From Bdellovibrionales bacterium (lineage in GTDB: Bacteria > Bdellovibrionota > Bdellovibrionia > Bdellovibrionales > JAGQZY01), in assembly GCA_964230645.1 (NCBI GenBank), contig CAXRHT010000001.1:224001-288000 (forward strand): DNA of 64,000 nt. The letters run 5' to 3'. Under the pieces are notes generated by a model. It was not told where the DNA came from. It saw nothing but the letters and a program-made list of their open reading frames with translations, and did not search any database. A program made the translations under genes and the position numbers. Every line of letters starts with the position of its first letter. Within the stretch, counting starts at the first letter, position 1. Below are positions 57,374 to 64,000 of the stretch, in pieces.

Positions 57374-58093
57374 ATGGGAAAAAGTTGGAAGAATCCTTTT
57401 AAAGAAGCCAATGCTCAGAAAAAAGGGGCTCAAATATCAAAACTGGCAAAAGAGATCTCTGTGGCCGCCAAATTAGGTGGTGGTGATCCTGAGGCCAATT
57501 CCCGTCTGCGCTTGGCCATCAACAGTGCCAAGGCCGAATCGGTCCCAAAAGACACCATTGAAAGAGCCATTAAAAAGGGTACGGGCGAGCTTGATGACGG
57601 TAAAACCATTGAAGAAGTGATGTATGAAGGCTACGCCCCTCACCAAGTCGGAGTGCTTGTGGAGTGCCAAACGGACAATCGCGCCAGAACCGCCCCCGAT
57701 ATTCGCTTCATTTTTAAAAAACATGACGGTCAAATGGGTGAGCAAGGCAGTGTGGCCTGGATGTTTGATCGCATTGGGCTCGTAGAGGGTGTTCCCCCTG
57801 AGGGCAAAGAGATTGATCCCGAAGAAGAAGCCATTGAAGCCGGAGCCAATGAGGTTGAAAAGTCTAATGACGACGAGCAAACTCTTTATTCCTTTTACAC
57901 AGAAGCCGACGAAGTGGACGTTGTTCAAAAAGCTTTAACAGAGAGAGGCTGGGAAATTAAAACAGCCGAGCTCTCATACAAAGCAAAAAACAAAACCGCA
58001 GACCTTACCGAAGAGCAAGTCAAAGACGTCTATGAGTTTATGGATGCACTTGACGAAAACGACGACACCGCCCGGATTCACACCACCCTATAG
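57374..58093 (+). CDS. yebC: YebC/PmpR family protein
   Basis: GGGDPEANSRLR, IERAIKK, YEGY, TDNRART and SVAWMF motifs. Confidence 0.95.
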   Translation: MGKSWKNPFKEANAQKKGAQISKLAKEISVAAKLGGGDPEANSRLRLAINSAKAESVPKDTIERAIKKGTGELDDGKTIEEVMYEGYAPHQVGVLVECQTDNRARTAPDIRFIFKKHDGQMGEQGSVAWMFDRIGLVEGVPPEGKEIDPEEEAIEAGANEVEKSNDDEQTLYSFYTEADEVDVVQKALTERGWEIKTAELSYKAKNKTADLTEEQVKDVYEFMDALDENDDTARIHTTL

Positions 58094-58100
58094 CAGGGGA

Positions 58101-58185
58101 AGATCCTTCGCTCCGCTCAGGATGACAGTGGGCTCCTCTGGATGACAGTGGGCTTCTCTTGATGACAGTGGCTCCTCAGGATGAC
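58101..58185. repeat. Half GTCATCCTGAGC element with three tandem terminal duplications
   Basis: AGATCCTTCGCTCCGCTCAGGATGAC, then AGTGGGCT...GATGAC units at a 20/20/19-nt period. Confidence 0.85.
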
Positions 58186-58200
58186 CTTGAGCTACTCATT

Positions 58201-58635
58201 TTAGTTTTGGGCTTGGATTTGAAAGGCTTGGGCGTAGAGCATGGTTTGCTTGATCATGGAAAGAAAACCATTGGCACGGCTGGGTGAGAGGGATTCTTTA
58301 AAGCCTAGCTCTTCAATAAAGTTGGGAGGAGTTGTCAGAACTTCTTTCGGAGGTAGGCCCGAGTAAGCCCTTAATAATAAGGAGACTAAGCCTTTAACGA
58401 TCATGGCATCACTGTCGGCTTTTAGAATCATTCGCCCCTCCTCGTTGAGTGAAGCGTGCAACCACACTTGAGACTGACAGCCTTTAACTAGGAATTTTTC
58501 TTGATAAAGTTCCTCAGGAAGCTCGGGAAGCTCTTTTCCGATTTGAATGATCTTTTTATAGCGATCTTCCCAGCCACTAAGGCTCGAAAATTCTTCAACT
58601 ATAGCCTGCTGTCTTTTTTCACCTTCTGTACTCAT
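58201..58635 (-). CDS. sufE: SufE/CsdE sulfur acceptor protein
   Basis: WEDRY, VKGCQSQVWL, DSDAMIVKGL and LSPSRANG motifs. Confidence 0.95.
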   Translation of the reverse strand: MSTEGEKRQQAIVEEFSSLSGWEDRYKKIIQIGKELPELPEELYQEKFLVKGCQSQVWLHASLNEEGRMILKADSDAMIVKGLVSLLLRAYSGLPPKEVLTTPPNFIEELGFKESLSPSRANGFLSMIKQTMLYAQAFQIQAQN

Positions 58636-59332
58636 AGTGCCCTTTTGCTAACATAAGCTGAGTGTACTGGCCAGATAGATTTTCTGCTTGCGGTTGATTG
58701 GCCAGGAGAAGTCTTTGAGCTCTAGCATCCTTTTTAAGAAAATGGTGGGCCTGTCTATAAGTGGACTTGGCCTCATGCAATTGGGATATCTTGAAAAAAG
58801 AAGGTAGCTCTCCTTTAGGCCTCTCATCCATATAACCGCACCAAAGATTCCAGTCCTCAAGACTCCCCCCTTTGAATTCAAACCACAGCTTTAAAAGATT
58901 AGCCTCAAGCCTCATCTGCCAACTTTCTATTTGAGTGTAGATCTCTGAACCTAATTCGGAAGCGCAAAAGAAGGTAAAACACGTACTTGGACGATGAGAC
59001 CAAATCCCACACCCCCCGTTCTGATCATAGAAGTGACAAAGGGTCTCTTTACTTATTCTATGGGAACGAGGGTGAAGGGCTCCCATAAGAGTGAGCTCCA
59101 TTTCTTCAATGCGCGGGAACTTTTCAAGCTCCTCGCCTTTCTCTAACCAGGCTCCTATAGCAAAGGCCGACCAAAAAGGAGAAAACTGACAGCACTTTTT
59201 GTCCGGGGTGTACTTTTCCTTTCTTTTAAGAGGCCTTTTCACTTGGCAGTGAAAACAATCCACCGACGGCTCCTTAAGTGAAGGAGAATCTAAACAGAGG
59301 CGCTCATATAACCAATTCACAGAACTGGTCAT
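58619..59332 (-). CDS. YkgJ-like cysteine-cluster protein
   Basis: CFHC, CC, CHFY-GCGIW-RPSTC-FFC motifs. Confidence 0.7.
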   Translation of the reverse strand: MTSSVNWLYERLCLDSPSLKEPSVDCFHCQVKRPLKRKEKYTPDKKCCQFSPFWSAFAIGAWLEKGEELEKFPRIEEMELTLMGALHPRSHRISKETLCHFYDQNGGCGIWSHRPSTCFTFFCASELGSEIYTQIESWQMRLEANLLKLWFEFKGGSLEDWNLWCGYMDERPKGELPSFFKISQLHEAKSTYRQAHHFLKKDARAQRLLLANQPQAENLSGQYTQLMLAKGHYEYRR

Positions 59333-59553
59333 AGCACGATCAGCCGCTGACCTGGAAGACCGTACTGGTGGCTAAAAAGCCCCCCCCAAAAAAAGTGACA
59401 CTCAACGTCTCTGTTTTTGGCCTTTGACACCCGTCTCACAATGAAACGAGCTAATAATTCAGTGTTTTTAATGGTTTACAGAAAAAGCCTCAATTGGCAC
59501 TTGGCCTTTTTATTGTACTTATAAAGGGTAACGAACAAACCCAAGGGGGGAAC

Positions 59554-59886
59554 ATGTTTAAGAAGATTCTAATGATTTCACTGTATTTAATGATCGGTTA
59601 CCAAGCCAAGGCGAGCTATAACACTATGGCTAATAGCGCTGAGCACCAGCCAGCCTCTATTAAAGAAGCGGCTGCGAAAACCAAAAACATCTGCACCATC
59701 AATGCTGGTGACATCGGCAAATTGAAATACCGCGGGGCCACTTACGAGGAGGCTTTCTCTAGAGTGACCAACGAGTGCTTTCAACGACGCACCGATCTTT
59801 TCGTGAAAAACAGAAACCAACAGCCTGATCAAGATCGTCAGATCCTTTTTGCTGAGTCCTGCGTCAATAGCGTAAAATGTATCTAA
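59554..59886 (+). CDS. Secreted hypothetical protein
   Basis: G-rich RBS; ATG at 59554; signal ending AKA; four Cys. Confidence 0.7.
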   Translation: MFKKILMISLYLMIGYQAKASYNTMANSAEHQPASIKEAAAKTKNICTINAGDIGKLKYRGATYEEAFSRVTNECFQRRTDLFVKNRNQQPDQDRQILFAESCVNSVKCI

Positions 59887-59980
59887 AGAGCTGACTTGCT
59901 TTGCTCAAGTCAAAATAGTAAAAATAATCTCAAGGTCTCGCTTTAAAAAGTGGGACCTTTGATTTTCTGGGAGTTTTTTT

Positions 59981-60187
59981 ATGATCAAAGCCCTACTTGG
60001 TTTTTTATTTGGAAAGCAAACCAATATCTTCAACCCTAAAGGTCGCGTTGAGCACGATCTGGGTAACAAAAAGTGGGAAGCCTGGAATAATAGACTCTCA
60101 GAAAACCCTCGCTACAACTGGAAAAAACACAGCGGCAAGACGCCTCAATCTAAAGAAAAAGAGTCGGCCGAGTCTCCTTCGGCTTAA
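59981..60187 (+). CDS. Small hypothetical protein
   Basis: GGGAG RBS; 68 aa; fills the gap before the convergent cca gene. Confidence 0.55.
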   Translation: MIKALLGFLFGKQTNIFNPKGRVEHDLGNKKWEAWNNRLSENPRYNWKKHSGKTPQSKEKESAESPSA

Positions 60188-60189
60188 CT

Positions 60190-61398
60190 TCAATCCGAAA
60201 GTTTTTGTAACAGGACCTCTTTATTTTTAATACCCTCTAGTAATTGCAGTCTGTAAAGACGCTTAAGCTCTTTGGCGATCTGAGGACCTGGAGCGACACC
60301 AAACTGAATAAGATCCTCTCCATTAATTAGAATTTCAGGCAGCACTCCCTTTTGAAAGAAGCTTTCTGCTTTTTTGAGCTTTTCAAAAAAGTCCTCTTTG
60401 ATCTTGCCTTGATGGAGTTGAGTGAAGACTTCTAAAGCTAGACGACCATTGGGTTTGGCCAGAAATATGGCCAAATCGACAGGAGCCACGTTTTGAATAT
60501 TACGGAGTTGCGGCAACGACTGAAAGCAATAAATCATTTTCTGAATCATTTTCTTTGGAAGTTTCCAATGAAGTCCAAGCTCAGCTAACTTTTCTTTAGA
60601 CTCCTGGCAGTGGACGAGAAACCAAAGAATCCAAAGGATTTCTTCGTCTTTGCCTCTATTGACGTCAAAAATCTTTTTATACTCTTCAGAGTTGTATTTC
60701 CAACTTCCAAATAAGGGAGACCATAAACCCAGATCATAGGTGCGTCCCATTCCACTGACAGCTTTCTCCGCTTTTAAAATCTTTTCCCATTCGTCACGGA
60801 CGCGTTCCATGGAAACCTGATGGATCATGATACTGAATTTTCGAATCGCTTCACTGGTGTGCTGCTCAATGTGAAATCCTAATTGAGCATGAAAGCGTAC
60901 CGCTCGTAAAATACGCAATTTATCTTCCTCAAAACGTTTTTCTGGAAGGCCTACCGTTCGAATGGTTTTTTTCATTACGTCGTTTTGTCCATTCACAAAG
61001 TCGATGATCTCTTTTTTGTCGATATCGTAAAAAAGAGCATTGATGGTAAAATCTCGTCTTTTGGCATCCTCTTCCATGGAGGAAAATTCGATGGACTCAG
61101 GCTTTCGGCCATCACGGTAAGGACCGTCTTTTCTGAAAGTCGCAACTTCAATATCTTGTCCCCCAACCAGCACGCGAGAAACTCCAAAGGCTTTCCCCAC
61201 CATCACCGTCTTTTCAAACAGGGCCTCGACTTGCTCAGGTTTAGCGTCCGTGGCAATATCGATGTCGTTAGGCATTCGTTGTAATAGGAGATCCCTTACG
61301 GCTCCGCCGGCAATAAGAGACTGAAATCCCTCTTTGGAGAGTGTTTTGTGAATGGCTTCAATGGCTGGCCATTGAGGGTGATTGATAAATGGTGACAC
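60190..61398 (-). CDS. cca: CCA tRNA nucleotidyltransferase / poly(A) polymerase family
   Basis: GGAVRDLL-DIDIATDA, EVATFR, RRDFTINAL and EDKLRILRAVRF motifs. Confidence 0.9.
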   Translation of the reverse strand: MSPFINHPQWPAIEAIHKTLSKEGFQSLIAGGAVRDLLLQRMPNDIDIATDAKPEQVEALFEKTVMVGKAFGVSRVLVGGQDIEVATFRKDGPYRDGRKPESIEFSSMEEDAKRRDFTINALFYDIDKKEIIDFVNGQNDVMKKTIRTVGLPEKRFEEDKLRILRAVRFHAQLGFHIEQHTSEAIRKFSIMIHQVSMERVRDEWEKILKAEKAVSGMGRTYDLGLWSPLFGSWKYNSEEYKKIFDVNRGKDEEILWILWFLVHCQESKEKLAELGLHWKLPKKMIQKMIYCFQSLPQLRNIQNVAPVDLAIFLAKPNGRLALEVFTQLHQGKIKEDFFEKLKKAESFFQKGVLPEILINGEDLIQFGVAPGPQIAKELKRLYRLQLLEGIKNKEVLLQKLSD

Positions 61399-61459
61399 TC
61401 CCTATTAGAAACAAAAAAAAGGAGAACTGTCTATTCTTGATGAAGAAAGGCTAAAAAAA

Positions 61460-62461
61460 TTGAAGGAGAGCTTTGAACTAAGCGCTCTGGCCCATATCCC
61501 TCTTGGACGCCCGCTCAGTCATGAGGCCTTTGATCAATGGCTTGATGAGGGCTTGCAGGCTGATATGGACTACCTTAAAGAAAGTCGTGAAGTTCGCAAA
61601 AACCCTAGTGAGCATTTTAAGCCCATGAAATCCGTACTTCTCGTCACTCAAGAGTACTATCCCATGCCTGAATCCGCTGGCCCTCCCCCTTTTAAATCCT
61701 TGCGAATGGCTCACTACGCTAGAGGAAAAGATTATCACTTCTGGTTTCGTGAGAAACTAAGCCAAATTGCCGGCAAACTTCAAAAGGACTCTCCTAATGA
61801 GAGCTTTCTCTGTTTTACCGATGCCGTTCCCTTTTTGGAAAGGGATTTTGGAGCACAGGCCGCTCTCGGATGGATTGGTAAAAACACCTGTCTTATTCAT
61901 CCTAAAAAAGGCAGTCTCTTTTTTATTGGCGAAATTTTGACAACTCTTGAGGGCCCCAATGAAACCCCTCCCCCGCTTCATGATTTTTGTGGAAAGTGCA
62001 GAGCTTGTATCGACATCTGCCCAACCGAGGCCTTAGATGAGTCCCGTCGTTTGGATGCCAATAAGTGTCTGGCTTTTTGGAATATTGAATCTAAAAAAGT
62101 TCCTCCTCTTGAGATTCGCGAGAAAATGGAGGATTGGTTTTTTGGTTGCGATCTTTGTCAAACGGTCTGCCCATGGAATCTTAAACTTTTTAAGGACCAA
62201 AGCGATTTTGAACAAAGCTCAGGCACCAGAGAATCCCTTGTTGAAGAGCTAGGGTTTGTGTTGAGATCTTCGAACAAACAGCTTATGCGAACACTTAAAG
62301 AAACTCCTTTAAGTCGCGCAGGGGGTCGAGGTTTAAAACGTAACGCTCTAATAGTCATCGCCAATAAAAAGCTGCAGGAATTGAAAACCGATGTCAGCAA
62401 TTTTGAAGATCATCCTCAATTAGGGGAACTCGCCCGATGGACACTCACACAGATTGTGTAA
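61460..62461 (+). CDS. queG: Epoxyqueuosine reductase
   Basis: YARGKDYH, LGWIGKN, CGKCRACIDICPT and FGCDLCQTVCPWN motifs. Confidence 0.95.
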   Translation: MKESFELSALAHIPLGRPLSHEAFDQWLDEGLQADMDYLKESREVRKNPSEHFKPMKSVLLVTQEYYPMPESAGPPPFKSLRMAHYARGKDYHFWFREKLSQIAGKLQKDSPNESFLCFTDAVPFLERDFGAQAALGWIGKNTCLIHPKKGSLFFIGEILTTLEGPNETPPPLHDFCGKCRACIDICPTEALDESRRLDANKCLAFWNIESKKVPPLEIREKMEDWFFGCDLCQTVCPWNLKLFKDQSDFEQSSGTRESLVEELGFVLRSSNKQLMRTLKETPLSRAGGRGLKRNALIVIANKKLQELKTDVSNFEDHPQLGELARWTLTQIV

Positions 62462-62608
62462 ACACATTCACAAATCCGTCTTCCTACTGAGAAGAATTCC
62501 ATCATCCACCATTATATGATGAGTCGTTTTTGAGGGCCTTGAACTCAAGCTTAAGTGCCCGTTATAGTGAAAGACAAATGATAATTATAAATCGAAAGGA
62601 GGCCTTGA

Positions 62609-63187
62609 ATGGCTATCGAACTACCGGAACTCCCTTATTCCAAAGACGCATTGGCACCTCATATTTCTGCCGAAACTCTTGATTACCACTATGGAAAGCA
62701 CCATGCCGGTTACGTAAAAAAATTAAACAACGCAATCGAAGGTACTCCCATGGCGGAGAAGTCTCTTGAAGAGATCGTAAAAAATTCTGACGGTGGAACT
62801 TTTAATAATGCCGCTCAAGTTTGGAATCACACGTTTTACTGGAACTCATTAAGCCCCGATGGTGGTGGAGAGCCTTCAGGTGCCATTGCTGAGGCGATCA
62901 AAAAGCAATTCGGATCTTTTGATGATTTTAAAGATAAGTTCACGGAAGCGGCCACAACACTTTTTGGAAGCGGTTGGGTTTGGTTGATCAAAAATGACGA
63001 TGGTTCTTTAGAGATCTCTAAGATGTCCAACGCTGGCACTCCTCTCGCAGAGGGGAAAACAGCTGTTCTCACATGTGATGTTTGGGAGCATGCTTTTTAT
63101 ATCGATTATAGAAACGCAAAGCCTGATTATATGAAGGCCTTCTGGAACTTGGTAAACTGGGATTTTGCCAATAAAAACTTAGGTTAG
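62609..63187 (+). CDS. sodB: Fe superoxide dismutase
   Basis: HYGKHH, FNNAAQVWNHTFYW, FGSGW and DVWEHA motifs. Confidence 0.96.
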   Translation: MAIELPELPYSKDALAPHISAETLDYHYGKHHAGYVKKLNNAIEGTPMAEKSLEEIVKNSDGGTFNNAAQVWNHTFYWNSLSPDGGGEPSGAIAEAIKKQFGSFDDFKDKFTEAATTLFGSGWVWLIKNDDGSLEISKMSNAGTPLAEGKTAVLTCDVWEHAFYIDYRNAKPDYMKAFWNLVNWDFANKNLG

Positions 63188-63191
63188 TCTT

Positions 63192-64000
63192 TTGAGTTGG
63201 TCGAATTCTTTTCTGCCAGCCGACGACAAACTTTTTTTTAAGTCCACGAAAACGGGAGATCCACGAATGGGTGAGATCTCCCTTTCTTTTTCTATGGACC
63301 AATTAAAAAAAGACAGTTTTGTGCTTGCAGGCTACAGTGATGATGAAGGCATTGGTCTTAACCAAGGACGCCAAGGAGCCAAAGACGCCCCTGACGCCAT
63401 CCGCAGTCGTTTTTATAAAACCACTCGTGGAGAATTTCATAAACCTGATTTCAAGCTTTTAGACCTTGGAAATATTGACCCTAGTCTTGCACTCAAAGAA
63501 AAACACGAAGCGGGAAAAAAAGCAGCCTCCGAAGTTATAAAAAAACAAGGACGTTGGATTGGCTTAGGTGGAGGCCATGACTTTGGATACCCCGATGGAG
63601 CTGGCTTTCTACTGGCCAACAAGGATTCTCAAAAAAAGCCTTTGATCATAAATTTTGATGCCCATTTGGACGTACGCCCCACAGATCAGGGTTTATCAAG
63701 TGGCACCCCTTTTTACCGCCTCCTCACTGATTCCGAGCTTCCCCCTTTTGACTTCGTTGAAGTGGGAATTCAAAGACAGTGCAACTCCTTAGAGCACATT
63801 GAGTGGGCTCAAGAAAAAGGTGTCGAAATTATTTTTATGGAAGATATTCTCATGAGTGGAGAATCTACCTTTAAATATCTGGCTGGTTATTTTGCCGAAA
63901 CTCTTGTGTCTTCACGTCCCACTTTTGTAAGTGTGGACATTGATTGTTTCTCTAGTGCTTATGCCATGGGATGCTCCCAGGCCTGGCCCACGGGATTTAT
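63192..64000 (+). CDS. hutG: Formimidoylglutamase (arginase family), 3' truncated by window edge
   Basis: Missing from the ORF track. Manual translation from TTG 63192 gives DEG-NQGRQGA-APDAIR, GGGHD, NFDAHLDVR, SGTPF and SVDID. Confidence 0.9.
   Translation, partial: MSWSNSFLPADDKLFFKSTKTGDPRMGEISLSFSMDQLKKDSFVLAGYSDDEGIGLNQGRQGAKDAPDAIRSRFYKTTRGEFHKPDFKLLDLGNIDPSLALKEKHEAGKKAASEVIKKQGRWIGLGGGHDFGYPDGAGFLLANKDSQKKPLIINFDAHLDVRPTDQGLSSGTPFYRLLTDSELPPFDFVEVGIQRQCNSLEHIEWAQEKGVEIIFMEDILMSGESTFKYLAGYFAETLVSSRPTFVSVDIDCFSSAYAMGCSQAWPTGF

Noticed and set aside
63232..63239. Frameshift at the T8 run in hutG
   Set aside because: CTT TTT TTT keeps the frame from TTG 63192. The gene is missing from the track only because it runs off the window.

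Overview
Core-chromosome window of a bacterium that is most likely Bdellovibrionota. This is inferred from the FQNC-type lipoprotein signal, an orphan FliG-C protein, vWA lipoprotein, many secreted Cys-rich proteins and many FliA-type promoters. It holds about 65 CDS. These include a Leptospira-like heme cluster (hemA-hemC/D-hemL-[HK-RR]-hemE-hemN-hemY-hemH, no hemB), sppA, a pstCAB-phoU-phoB-phoR operon with a strongly degenerate transporter and no pstS, dinB, pdxJ, hisS, maf, two HD-GYP proteins, an L,D-transpeptidase, mscS, phoD, an oppA-like binding protein, cca, queG, sodB and a partial hutG. No rRNA, tRNA, CRISPR, transposase or reverse transcriptase was seen. Four signals stand out. (1) Four intergenic long-stem hairpin elements form two families whose loop cores are conserved with compensatory base changes while the arms differ. 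(2) A strand-specific A/C versus G/T third-codon-position bias surrounds these elements and follows element polarity rather than gene polarity. (3) An intact but apparently catalytically dead PstCAB is coupled to PhoU/PhoB/PhoR. (4) The same TGACA-N6-TGACA box lies upstream of both hemA and pstC. All counts are hand counts from the sequence.
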